Virus record (IMG/VR): IMGVR_UViG_3300045988_137872
Coordinates: 1 to 33,812 of that record
Strand: one strand, 5' to 3'
Source of the DNA: a virus
Length of the DNA stretch: 33,812 bases
Shown here piece after piece: positions 1 through 8,195 of the stretch. The position numbers were made by a program, and so were the translations under genes. The stretch's first letter is position 1. Every line of letters begins with the position of its first letter. The notes beneath the pieces were generated by a model. It was given only the letters and a program-made list of their open reading frames with translations, was not told where the DNA came from and ran no database searches.

Positions 1-1377
1 CTTGATGCCAATGAAGTTGTTGAAAAATTCCGCAAAGGCGGTCCTGATGCCAAAGAAGCCTTGGGGCAGATTTCAGATGCGATCAAAAACTGTGATGATA
101 AAACACTGGCATACCAGACCGGTGTCGGTCTGATGGGAACGATGTGGGAGGACATGGGACAGGATGCCTGCCTCGCCCTCTTAAATACAGAAGGTTCCAT
201 CAATATGACTAATGATGCCATGAATCAGGTCAAAACAGATGCCTATGACAATGTCGGGACATCATTACAGCAACTTGGAAGATCATTAAATAATGAGATT
301 TTTGTCCCGATCACAGAAAAAATTGAACCGCCTTTAAATCGTATCATTAAATTCGCGATCAAACATATCGATGTGATTGGTCCGTTAATCCTCGGTGTCG
401 GAACAGCAATCGGTATTCTTGCTCTTGCAATGGGGGCGCAGGGATTAGTTGCCACTTTAAAAAAGGCATCGTCAGCTTTTGGAGCGTTAAATGCGATTAT
501 GAGCCTGAATCCCGCCGTGCTGATCGTAGCACTGATCGCAGGACTGGTTGTGGCATTTGTTACATTGTGGAAGAAATGCGATGGATTCCGAAAGTTCTGG
601 ACAGGACTGTGGGATGGGATCACGAAGTTTTTCTCTAAAGCCGCAGATACGCTAAAAGGCGGACTGAAAGGACTTGGAGAGAAATTCGGTTCGCTGAAAA
701 AATCGGCATCCAAACATATGTCGGGAATGAAGCAGACTGTTGGAGAAAAAATGTCGAAGATCTCTGATATTTTTAAATCGAATGGTGGCGGTATTAAGGG
801 TACGGTTGCCGTGATGTGGGCAGGCGTAAAAGGCTATTACAAAACAGGCTTTAATGTTTTAAATAAATTGACAGGTGGACGGCTCGGTGATCTGAAAGAT
901 ACAGCAGGAAAGAAGCTGGGAGAATTTCACGATAAATTTAAGAGTGTCCGGGATAAGATCGCAGGGATTTTTGATTTTCATTTGAAACTTCCAAAGATAA
1001 ATATGCCAAGCATCAGTGTGTCATGGAAAACGGAAGGTACTCTTGCGAAAGCAGCGCAGTTCCTTGATTTTCCCGGACTTCCACATTTCGATGTATCATG
1101 GCATGCAAAGGGTGCCTTATTGACGAAACCGACCATTTTCGGATTTGCAGGAGGTAAGTTTCAGGGAGGCGGCGAAGCAGGACCGGAGGCAGTGCTACCG
1201 GTTTCCCTTCTGGAAGACTACATCGACAATAGTATGATGAAGTTCTTAGCTGCAGTTCCACAGATTGATTATGACCGTCTTGCAGACTGCTGTGTCAAAG
1301 CAGGGGAAGCGAGAAATCTTACGATTGCAGTGGATAACCGGGAAATCGGCAGAGTCATTGATTCGCATGTGAGGTAA
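1..1377 (+). CDS. Tail tape measure protein, C-terminal part (continues from 32395..33812 across the circular junction)
   Basis: Frame 1 is open from base 1 (LDANEVVEKFRKGGPDAKEALGQ...). Bases 1-119 equal 33694-33812. Contains a hydrophobic segment (IGPLILGVGTAIGILALAMGAQGLVA) and lies directly upstream of the Dit/Tal genes. Confidence 0.85.
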   Translation, partial: LDANEVVEKFRKGGPDAKEALGQISDAIKNCDDKTLAYQTGVGLMGTMWEDMGQDACLALLNTEGSINMTNDAMNQVKTDAYDNVGTSLQQLGRSLNNEIFVPITEKIEPPLNRIIKFAIKHIDVIGPLILGVGTAIGILALAMGAQGLVATLKKASSAFGALNAIMSLNPAVLIVALIAGLVVAFVTLWKKCDGFRKFWTGLWDGITKFFSKAADTLKGGLKGLGEKFGSLKKSASKHMSGMKQTVGEKMSKISDIFKSNGGGIKGTVAVMWAGVKGYYKTGFNVLNKLTGGRLGDLKDTAGKKLGEFHDKFKSVRDKIAGIFDFHLKLPKINMPSISVSWKTEGTLAKAAQFLDFPGLPHFDVSWHAKGALLTKPTIFGFAGGKFQGGGEAGPEAVLPVSLLEDYIDNSMMKFLAAVPQIDYDRLADCCVKAGEARNLTIAVDNREIGRVIDSHVR

Positions 1378-1379
1378 TT

Positions 1380-2219
1380 ATGAAGATTTTTTACGTTAAC
1401 AGTCAAAATCAGCGGCTAAGACTGGATGAGTGGCCGCTGGTGCTCCAGGAACCGGAAAAGCTGTTTTCACATAAATGGAGTTACAAGTCGTCCGGTGGAG
1501 AAAAAAATGGTTCTAAAATAGAAAAATTTTATAAAAACACTGCTGAAAAATCCGCAAAAGTATCTGTGTTTGCAGATTCCAAAGAGGAATATACAGAAGC
1601 GATGGCGAGATTTCTTAGCATCTGCGAATACGATATCGAACAGAATACGGCAGGAAAGTTATATATAAATGATTATTATCTTCGCTGCTATCTGTATGCG
1701 GCAGATTACAGTGAGTATGACGAAAATTTTTATGCAGTGGAAAAAAGTGTGAATCTGATATCGCCTTATCCGTTCTGGATCAATGAAAAAACGTATGTGT
1801 TTCACAAGATCACAGAATCGGAGCAGAACCGGACAGGATTAGATCATCCCTTTGATTACCCTTACGATTTTGTCGGAACATCACATAACGGACTTGTTAA
1901 GAATGCAGGGTTTTTATCCTCTAACTTCCAGTTTAAGATATACGGGTTCTGTGAAAATCCTGCAGTAAGTGTCGGAAGACATACTTACAAAGTAAATACC
2001 GTGTTAGAGTCAGGGGAGTATCTGGTCATTGACTCCCTGACTAAAAAAATCTTCAAAGTAAAACGTAACGGTGAGAAGATCAATGAGTTTTATTTAAGAG
2101 ACAGTATGTTCGATGTCTTTCAAAAGATTCCTTCCAAGGACTGTACGATAACATGGAGCGGTCTTTTTGAATTTGACCTCACGATTTTCTCGGAAAGGAG
2201 TGAACCGTCATGGATTTGA
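1380..2219 (+). CDS. Distal tail protein (Dit-like phage tail family protein)
   Basis: 279 aa. The ATG lies 3 nt after the TMP stop (TAATTATG). TMP-Dit-Tal is the conserved siphovirus order. No enzymatic motif seen. Confidence 0.65.
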   Translation: MKIFYVNSQNQRLRLDEWPLVLQEPEKLFSHKWSYKSSGGEKNGSKIEKFYKNTAEKSAKVSVFADSKEEYTEAMARFLSICEYDIEQNTAGKLYINDYYLRCYLYAADYSEYDENFYAVEKSVNLISPYPFWINEKTYVFHKITESEQNRTGLDHPFDYPYDFVGTSHNGLVKNAGFLSSNFQFKIYGFCENPAVSVGRHTYKVNTVLESGEYLVIDSLTKKIFKVKRNGEKINEFYLRDSMFDVFQKIPSKDCTITWSGLFEFDLTIFSERSEPSWI

Positions 2220-4009
2220 TCTACACAGATAAAAACAGAAATGACATCGGTGTTTTATCAGACTATGAATTGGATGAGGCTTTTGGGAAGAATGAAAATA
2301 ATTTCAGCCTCAAGATCAGCCTTTCCGAACACTGTATGGAACCCGGATGCGTCATTTACGCTGAAAACACAGAGTATGGCGGTATCATAGACACTTTAAA
2401 TCCAAATACGAAAGACAGTACGCTGACATATAAAGGACGTACCTGGCATGGCATTTTAAATTCCAAAGTGTTAGAACCGGATGCAGGAGAGGATTATCTG
2501 ATCTTATCGGGAGAAGCAAACAGTGTCTTAAAGGAGATCATTACAAGATTAAAACTCAATGATGTGTTTTCCGTGTCAGAAGAGGATTCAGGAATTGAGA
2601 TCATTCATTATCAGTGCAGTCGATATCCATGTGCTTATGATGAGATCCGTAAAATGTTATATGAATTCATGGGCAAGTTAACAATTAATTGTCAAATGAA
2701 AACGGTCTTATTATCCGTGAGTCCGCTTTACGATTACAGTGCAGATGAAGAATGGGATGCAAGTCAGTTGGATTTTGCCATTGAAAAAAATTATCATCCG
2801 GTAAACCACCTGATCTGCCTTGGCAGCGGAGATTTGAAAGACAGGCATGTGATTCATCTTTTTACGGATGAAAACGGAGGAATCCAGCCTTACAGCTTTC
2901 ACGATAACCCTTATCAGGATGCGGATTACATTTTAGATAAACAAAACCAGATTCTAAAGGAGCAGGAGGAAGTTGTTGAGGTTTACGACTATGGAAATGC
3001 ACAGGATACCGTAAATTATGTGCTTCTTACTTCAAAGCCGCAGAACTGGCAAAATGTGTATACGAATTTTTTTATTGCGAAAGACGATAAATTTGAGCAG
3101 CTGACAAAAACGGTGGAGCAGACATATGAAGTTCTTGCGACACAGCCCTCTGATTGGGGTAAACGGTATGCATCGTATTTCAAAAAGAACGGTTCCGGTT
3201 ACGCAAACGTAGACGGATTGGTGCAGGAATCTTATGTGAAAATGTCAAAGAAACCGGCTGACTGGGATAAAAATTACGCTAATTATTATGTGTATTTCTC
3301 GGATGGACTTACTTCCGAATATCAGGGTGTATCGGGAGTTTCAAAAGACCGTTACAGGTTGCAGACACAGCAGCCTTCCGACTGGTCTGTTACTTTTAGT
3401 GATTATTTTAAGAAGGTGAATGTATATAAATTTTTTTACGATGAGTATAAAAAAGATAAGAGCGGCACCTGGATAAAAGTAGGGGTAGTCAAAGATAGTC
3501 AGGTCCAGAATGAAATCACCGATAAACATGCTTTAATTTTTATGGAGAAGGTTTCTGTTGGCATCGAATATAAGGCGTTGGAGAAAAAAGCTCCGAGATG
3601 GAAGAAAAATACCTTTTACACAAAGGTTTCTAAGCAGTATTCGCCAAAATGGAAGAGCGGATATTATTATCGAAGAAAGGAAGAGACAGGTGCACCGAAA
3701 TTTAAAGCAGGATTCTTTTATCAGGAGCGTTCCTGTGAAGTTATTCCATCATGGAAACCAAACAGCTATTACATAGAGCGCACAGACCACTTCGCAGACC
3801 TTGTAAAAAATGGGATTGAAAAACTAAAAAGTTATTATAACGATGAGAAGATCACGACTTCTCTGGATGCTTCGATATCATACGATGTTGGGGATGTCAT
3901 TGGTTCAAGGGAGCAGGTGACGGGGGTGCAGGCGGCACAGCCGATCACAAAAAAGATTTTAAAGATTACATCGGACGGAAATACCGTCTCATATGAGATT
4001 GGAGAGTGA
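2210..4009 (+). CDS. Tail-tip protein, Siphovirus Gp37-like N-terminus, repeat-rich C-half
   Basis: 599 aa and overlaps the Dit stop. The N-terminus MDLIYTDKNRNDIGVLSDYELDEAFGKNENNFSLKISL matches my memory of Gp37-like (PF14594) tail proteins. Eight P-x-x-W...Y..[YF][YF] repeats. Confidence 0.6.
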   Translation: MDLIYTDKNRNDIGVLSDYELDEAFGKNENNFSLKISLSEHCMEPGCVIYAENTEYGGIIDTLNPNTKDSTLTYKGRTWHGILNSKVLEPDAGEDYLILSGEANSVLKEIITRLKLNDVFSVSEEDSGIEIIHYQCSRYPCAYDEIRKMLYEFMGKLTINCQMKTVLLSVSPLYDYSADEEWDASQLDFAIEKNYHPVNHLICLGSGDLKDRHVIHLFTDENGGIQPYSFHDNPYQDADYILDKQNQILKEQEEVVEVYDYGNAQDTVNYVLLTSKPQNWQNVYTNFFIAKDDKFEQLTKTVEQTYEVLATQPSDWGKRYASYFKKNGSGYANVDGLVQESYVKMSKKPADWDKNYANYYVYFSDGLTSEYQGVSGVSKDRYRLQTQQPSDWSVTFSDYFKKVNVYKFFYDEYKKDKSGTWIKVGVVKDSQVQNEITDKHALIFMEKVSVGIEYKALEKKAPRWKKNTFYTKVSKQYSPKWKSGYYYRRKEETGAPKFKAGFFYQERSCEVIPSWKPNSYYIERTDHFADLVKNGIEKLKSYYNDEKITTSLDASISYDVGDVIGSREQVTGVQAAQPITKKILKITSDGNTVSYEIGE

Positions 4010-4013
4010 TTTT

Positions 4014-4916
4014 ATGGCGACACATTTAGTAACCGGAAGAGCCGGTGCAGCACACGTTACAGCCGCAGATGTCGGATCATTATTAGCCGGAATTATTGGC
4101 GCAGGAAAATATGTTTTAGGCACCGGAGATTCATTTTCAGCTGAAATCGTAAGTAACAACCTTATAAAGATCAGAAGCGGTGATCTGCTAAATCAGGGCA
4201 GACATATCCGTATCAGTAATGAAGATTATGAAGAGTGTGAGATTGAAAATGGCTCACATGGGTTAAAACGTCGTGACCTGATCGTCATGAGATACACACG
4301 GGACATTGAGAACGACATTGAGACCGCGGAAGTTATCGTGATAAAAGGAACTCCTTCTGCGTCACCTAAAGACCCAGAGCACTTAAACGGAAATATCCTT
4401 GCCGGAGATTTAATAGATGATTTTTTACTCTACAGGGTTTGTTTAAATGGAATTTCAATTGAAAAAGTAGAACGGATGTTTAGCATCACTACAACACTAG
4501 ATTCGCTTTATAAAATAAATAATACCGGGAAAATAGATTTAGTTTGGAGCAATGATGGAACTAATTTTAATTCTACGGATTCCTATAATGCCAGTCAAGA
4601 AATCGTTGTTCCTAAAAATTATGATTCGTTTATTATTTTATCAACGGGGGGGACTGTTACACACATTTTAAATGTTTTTGATACAGAATCAAATATTATT
4701 TCGGTGCTCAACATTGAAAAAACAATATATAATCTTTTTTGGGCAGCAAGAAAAGTATGTGTTGACATAGCGGTGCCGCCTACCGGCTCCAGTGATAACT
4801 ATGATCGTTGTCTCCGTTTTGATCCGTGTTATTATCGACCTTATGAGGCTGGAGGAGCATTTACTCTTGCTAACGCATGCTGTGTTCCTTTTAGGATTTA
4901 TGGAATCAGAAAATAA
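4014..4916 (+). CDS. Putative receptor-binding / tail fibre protein
   Basis: ATG 4014 follows GGAGAG; the track start 3993 is an upstream in-frame ATG. 300 aa and the last tail gene before the lysis cassette. The C-terminal third is markedly AT-rich. Confidence 0.5.
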   Translation: MATHLVTGRAGAAHVTAADVGSLLAGIIGAGKYVLGTGDSFSAEIVSNNLIKIRSGDLLNQGRHIRISNEDYEECEIENGSHGLKRRDLIVMRYTRDIENDIETAEVIVIKGTPSASPKDPEHLNGNILAGDLIDDFLLYRVCLNGISIEKVERMFSITTTLDSLYKINNTGKIDLVWSNDGTNFNSTDSYNASQEIVVPKNYDSFIILSTGGTVTHILNVFDTESNIISVLNIEKTIYNLFWAARKVCVDIAVPPTGSSDNYDRCLRFDPCYYRPYEAGGAFTLANACCVPFRIYGIRK

Positions 4917-4960
4917 AAAAAAGGAAAGCCGTTTTATAAGCTCCCGGAAAGGACAAGTCA

Positions 4961-5323
4961 GTGGTCTGGACATATATACAAAATAACTTATTAGATCTTC
5001 TTTTTACAATTGTAACGTTCATTCTCGGATGTCTCTATCGGGACGTAAGAAAACGTCTCATGGAAGAGAAAACGAAGAGTGATGCCATCGCGGAAGGAGT
5101 ACAGAGCCTTTTACGCGAAAATATTGTAGCAAATTTTAACAAATACCATCAGGACAGGAAGCATTGCCCCATTTACGCAAAAGAATCTCTTAAGCGAGTA
5201 TATGATGCTTATCATAACTTAGGTGGAAATGACGTAGCGACAGCATTATATGAGAAGGTCCTTAATATGCCGGAAGAACCGGAAACAACAGAGAAAGAGA
5301 GGTCAGACGAAGATGATGAGTGA
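4961..5323 (+). CDS. N-terminally membrane-anchored protein of the lysis cassette (function unknown)
   Basis: GTG start with AAAGGA upstream. One TM helix (LLDLLFTIVTFILGCLY), then a charged region with an HNLGGND motif and an acidic tail. Overlaps the holin start. Confidence 0.5.
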   Translation: MVWTYIQNNLLDLLFTIVTFILGCLYRDVRKRLMEEKTKSDAIAEGVQSLLRENIVANFNKYHQDRKHCPIYAKESLKRVYDAYHNLGGNDVATALYEKVLNMPEEPETTEKERSDEDDE

Positions 5324-5519
5324 AAAATCTAAGAAATGGTTAAAAGCTGCCGGAATCCGTGCAGCGAAAACAGTTGCACAAACAGCGGTAGCCTTACTTC
5401 CTGCCGCCGCAACGCTGTCACAGGTAGACTGGATGACAGTTGCCGGAACTGCAGCATTGGCAGGAGTAGCATCAATTTTAACATCAGTAGCCGGATTACC
5501 GGAGATCAAGGAGGATTAA
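5313..5519 (+). CDS. Holin (small two-TM protein)
   Basis: 68 aa from ATG 5313 (AGAGAGG upstream). Two hydrophobic helices (TVAQTAVALLPAAA; VAGTAALAGVASILTSVA) and a charged C-end. Lies directly upstream of the endolysin. Confidence 0.7.
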   Translation: MMSEKSKKWLKAAGIRAAKTVAQTAVALLPAAATLSQVDWMTVAGTAALAGVASILTSVAGLPEIKED

Positions 5520-5522
5520 GAC

Positions 5523-6368
5523 ATGGCGAGAGATATCACAGCGTTACATCCGGATTTACAGGTTGCAGCAGCAAAGTTGAAAGAAATCTGTAAAGCACAT
5601 GGGATTTCGATTAATTACAGCGAATGCTTAAGAACAAAAGCGGAACAGGATGCGTTATATGCGAAAGGAAGAACCGTACCGGGAAAAATCGTCACAAAAG
5701 CCAAAGGAAGCTCTTACTCTTCACAGCACCAGTGGGGAGTTGCAATTGACTTTTATCTGGACATGGATGTCGATGGAGATGGACAGAAAGCGGACGATGC
5801 ATTCAATGACTCAACCGGATTATTTAAACAGGTGGCAGATCTGGCGAAGTCTATCGGGTTAGCCTGGGGCGGTGACTGGAAGAGTTTTAAGGATAAGCCG
5901 CATTTGTATTTGCCGCAGTGGGGCAGTACCACGTCAAAGCTGAAAGCACAGTACGGCACCCCGGAGAACTTCATGCGTACATGGAAAGGTTCGGCAGGAA
6001 AGTCAGCAGAAGTGAAAATTAATCAGGTATCCCCTACCGGATATGAGCGGACACAGTTTATCTGTGATGTGCAGGACTGCACAGGCTCTAAGGTGGATGG
6101 AAAAGCGGGCAATGAGACAATCTGTAACACCGTCACGGTTTCTAAGTCTAAAAACCGTAATCATGCGGTCGTAACACCATTAGAGCGGCGCTTAAAGGCT
6201 CTCGGCTATTACACCGGTGCCATCGAAGCCGATCAGGGCAAGACACCTTGCTTTGGCAGCGGCATGGAAAGAGCAGTCAAGGCTTATCAGAGTGATCACG
6301 GCTGTGTCTCTGACGGAGAAATCACTGCAGGTAAGAAAACGTGGAAGTCTCTGCTTGGGATGATCTAA
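5523..6368 (+). CDS. Endolysin: M15 (VanY / L-Ala-D-Glu peptidase-like) catalytic domain plus C-terminal PG_binding_1 domain
   Basis: Zn-ligand pattern SQHQWGVAIDF ... GGDWKSFKDKPHL. The C-terminus LKALGYYTGAIEADQGKTPCFGSGMERAVKAYQSDHGCVSDGEITAGKKTWKSLL is typical of a peptidoglycan-binding repeat. Confidence 0.85.
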   Translation: MARDITALHPDLQVAAAKLKEICKAHGISINYSECLRTKAEQDALYAKGRTVPGKIVTKAKGSSYSSQHQWGVAIDFYLDMDVDGDGQKADDAFNDSTGLFKQVADLAKSIGLAWGGDWKSFKDKPHLYLPQWGSTTSKLKAQYGTPENFMRTWKGSAGKSAEVKINQVSPTGYERTQFICDVQDCTGSKVDGKAGNETICNTVTVSKSKNRNHAVVTPLERRLKALGYYTGAIEADQGKTPCFGSGMERAVKAYQSDHGCVSDGEITAGKKTWKSLLGMI

Positions 6369-6385
6369 AATACATATATAAAAAC

Positions 6386-6419
6386 AAAGGGCTGTGATCT
6401 TCACAGCCTTTCGTTTTTT
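6386..6419. terminator. Bidirectional rho-independent terminator between convergent genes
   Basis: GGCTGTGA (6390-6397) pairs with TCACAGCC (6401-6408), loop TCT. An A-run lies upstream and TTTTTT downstream. Confidence 0.75.
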
Positions 6420-6428
6420 AAAAAGTAT

Positions 6429-6896
6429 TTAATCACGTTCCATCTTCTCCCTGATCGCTTCTACCACATAAGCAGTGTTAGAGCTTGCCTTTCCGGCTTT
6501 CACTCTGTCAGCGATCTCATCCTTTAAGCCTTTCGGCAAGGATAACTCCATCCGGTCATATGTCTTGTCGCGATATTTTCTCTTGGCTTTTGTAGCGGCA
6601 TTTCCGGAAAAGCCGATCTCCTCAAGGAACTCTTCCTCGGTCTCGTATTCACATTCGGTAAGCACCAGTGTAGTGAAAAGACTCTCGGTAGAAGAGACCT
6701 TTTTTGGGTTCTTTACGAACCTTACCGCCTTATAAGTCGGATGCTCTTTTAAAAAGCGTGTCGCGATGTCCTTCACATCGTTTACTTTTATGTGGTTGTA
6801 GCCCATCTCGCGGGCTACATCATAAAAGCGGATCTCTCTTAGTTCCTCTGATTTTTTTTCCAATTCCTTCACAATTTCTAATTTCCATTCCTGCAT
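6429..6896 (-). CDS. Hypothetical protein with C-terminal ribbon-helix-helix-like domain
   Basis: 155 aa with a GGAGG RBS. The C-terminal MELSLPKGLKDEIADRVKAGKASSNTAYVVEAIREKMERD has the strand-helix-helix pattern of Arc/CopG. Second gene of a minus-strand operon. Confidence 0.65.
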   Translation of the reverse strand: MQEWKLEIVKELEKKSEELREIRFYDVAREMGYNHIKVNDVKDIATRFLKEHPTYKAVRFVKNPKKVSSTESLFTTLVLTECEYETEEEFLEEIGFSGNAATKAKRKYRDKTYDRMELSLPKGLKDEIADRVKAGKASSNTAYVVEAIREKMERD

Positions 6897-6930
6897 TTTT
6901 ATGTCCTCCTTGTGTTATTATAGCATATTT

Positions 6931-7299
6931 TTAATCTCTTGCCGGTATTTTTAATCCGGCTTCTGTGATCTTTCTCATTAAGGTCTGTGTTTTCATTCCT
7001 CTGCGGATTCCCTTGATTCCGTTTTCTTTCGCGAAAGCTACCAGCTTCTCGTTATAATTTAATCCGGCTTCCATTCTCTGATATTTTTTAACCATCTGCT
7101 CGTCTACTTCGCCATCTTTTAAGATGCAGGACTTCGGGCACCAGAAGGTTAAAGTTCCGAAATCGCTGTCTGCTCTGAACTGGACTGCTTTTTCTGTCTC
7201 TTTTAAGGTCTCTAACTCGTCACCGTTCATTGCTAAATTAATAATGTATCTTTCGTTCTGTGTAAAATTCTTATCTAAAAACCATCCTTTAATTGTCAT
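6931..7299 (-). CDS. Hypothetical protein with C-terminal HeH/SAP (Rho_N-like) motif
   Basis: 122 aa with an AGGGAGGA RBS. C-terminus LVAFAKENGIKGIRRGMKTQTLMRKITEAGL resembles a helix-extension-helix DNA-binding motif. First gene behind a consensus promoter. Confidence 0.6.
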   Translation of the reverse strand: MTIKGWFLDKNFTQNERYIINLAMNGDELETLKETEKAVQFRADSDFGTLTFWCPKSCILKDGEVDEQMVKKYQRMEAGLNYNEKLVAFAKENGIKGIRRGMKTQTLMRKITEAGLKIPARD

Positions 7300-7333
7300 T
7301 TCTTTGTCCTCCCTATCTCTTTTCTATGATTAC

Positions 7334-7362
7334 ATTATACTCCCGGGAGTATATAAAGTCAA
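7334..7362 (-). promoter_or_regulatory. Consensus sigma-A promoter with embedded 18-bp perfect palindrome (operator candidate)
   Basis: The minus strand reads TTGACT-17 nt-TATAAT (-35 at 7357-7362, -10 at 7334-7339). TATACTCCCGGGAGTATA (7336-7353) fills the spacer and overlaps the -10. Confidence 0.75.
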
Positions 7363-7454
7363 TAGGAAAATCAAAAAAATTTCAAAAAAATTGGAAATCA
7401 TTTCCGGTTCCGATTTTTTTAAAAACAGAGTAGAATAAGAGTGAGAGGTGTTAT

Positions 7455-7652
7455 ATGAAGATACTGCTTGGAGAAGTCATGATTGAGAAAGACATCACAT
7501 ATCAGGAGCTTGAGAACCGGAGCGGCATCAGCAAGGCGACACTACACAGGATGGCGTGCGGACGGAATTACACGCCGATTGAGTATCTGGAGAAAATTGC
7601 ACAGGCACTCAATATGAGAATCTCTGATCTGTATGAGTCAGACTGGAAGTAG
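7455..7652 (+). CDS. XRE/Cro-type helix-turn-helix regulator
   Basis: 65 aa. TYQELENRSGISKATLHRMACGRN is a classic HTH_3 pattern. Divergent from the 7299-6429 operon. RBS GAGAGGTG. Confidence 0.8.
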   Translation: MKILLGEVMIEKDITYQELENRSGISKATLHRMACGRNYTPIEYLEKIAQALNMRISDLYESDWK

Positions 7653-7678
7653 TTTTAAAAAGCTGGAAGCCGCAGAGC

Positions 7679-7716
7679 AGTATCTTTGTAAATACAATTT
7701 TTCATATATGGAAAAA
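7679..7716 (+). repeat. Left copy of a 38-bp imperfect direct repeat (16-bp identical core CAATTTTTCATATATG)
   Basis: agtatctttgtaaatacaatttttcatatatggaaaaa matches 9060-9097 at about 30/38 positions. The core 7695-7710 is identical to 9076-9091. Confidence 0.7.
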
Positions 7717-7726
7717 AGTGCAAAAT

Positions 7727-7752
7727 AAAATAGAGGAGGGGTCCTCTATTTT
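7727..7752. terminator. Bidirectional terminator
   Basis: AAAATAGAGGA (7727-7737) pairs with TCCTCTATTTT (7742-7752), loop GGGG. Lies between convergent genes ending at 7652 and 7766. Confidence 0.75.
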
Positions 7753-7765
7753 AAGCTACCCTATA

Positions 7766-8068
7766 TTAAATTATCGCACCCTGCACATTAATGACGGTCG
7801 GCTCGCCGGTCTTTTTATCAATGATGGAGATGCTCAATAAGCGTATACTGATTTCACGGTTGCCGGTTTCTTCGTCAATTTTCCGGTGCAGCTCAACGCG
7901 GTACTTCCACACTTCGTCCTCGTTATCTTCGCCGGTCACTGTAACAAGTCCGTCCTCGTCTTTACATTGGTTTAAAGCGTCTTCCAGTTTCTTCCAGACA
8001 GCTTTTCCGTTTACAGTTCTTCCAGTTCTTTTCTCAATAAGAATCTCAATGAGTTTGAATCTGTCCAT
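7766..8068 (-). CDS. Hypothetical protein (accessory)
   Basis: 100 aa with RBS AAAAGGGGA and its own consensus-like promoter. No recognisable motif. Confidence 0.6.
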   Translation of the reverse strand: MDRFKLIEILIEKRTGRTVNGKAVWKKLEDALNQCKDEDGLVTVTGEDNEDEVWKYRVELHRKIDEETGNREISIRLLSISIIDKKTGEPTVINVQGAII

Positions 8069-8090
8069 TTTATGTCCCCTTTTTAACTGT

Positions 8091-8118
8091 ATTATACGAG
8101 AAACAGTATTTTTTTCAA
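8091..8118 (-). promoter_or_regulatory. Promoter of the 8068-7766 gene
   Basis: The minus strand reads TTGAAA-16 nt-TATAAT (-35 at 8113-8118, -10 at 8091-8096), about 25 nt upstream of the ATG. Confidence 0.6.
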
Positions 8119-8195
8119 GTGATTTTATAATTTATCACAGAAATTAAAAATTTTTTTCATAATTTTCTTCTTTTTCTAGTATAAATATTTAATGT

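Noticed and set aside
243-713. 156-aa minus-strand ORF inside the tape-measure gene
   Set aside because: Antisense shadow of a clearly coding plus-strand gene. No RBS and low-complexity Ser/Pro/Phe-rich composition. The same reasoning applies to 1013-1261, 2711-2902, 3341-3529 and 4689-4973.
5250-5593. Longer holin start (5250) and the overlapping 85-aa ORF 5336-5593
   Set aside because: The extension MRRSLICRKNRKQQRKRGQTK lies inside the upstream gene and has no RBS. The 5336 ORF is an alternative frame of the holin and endolysin start, with Cys/Arg-rich shadow composition.
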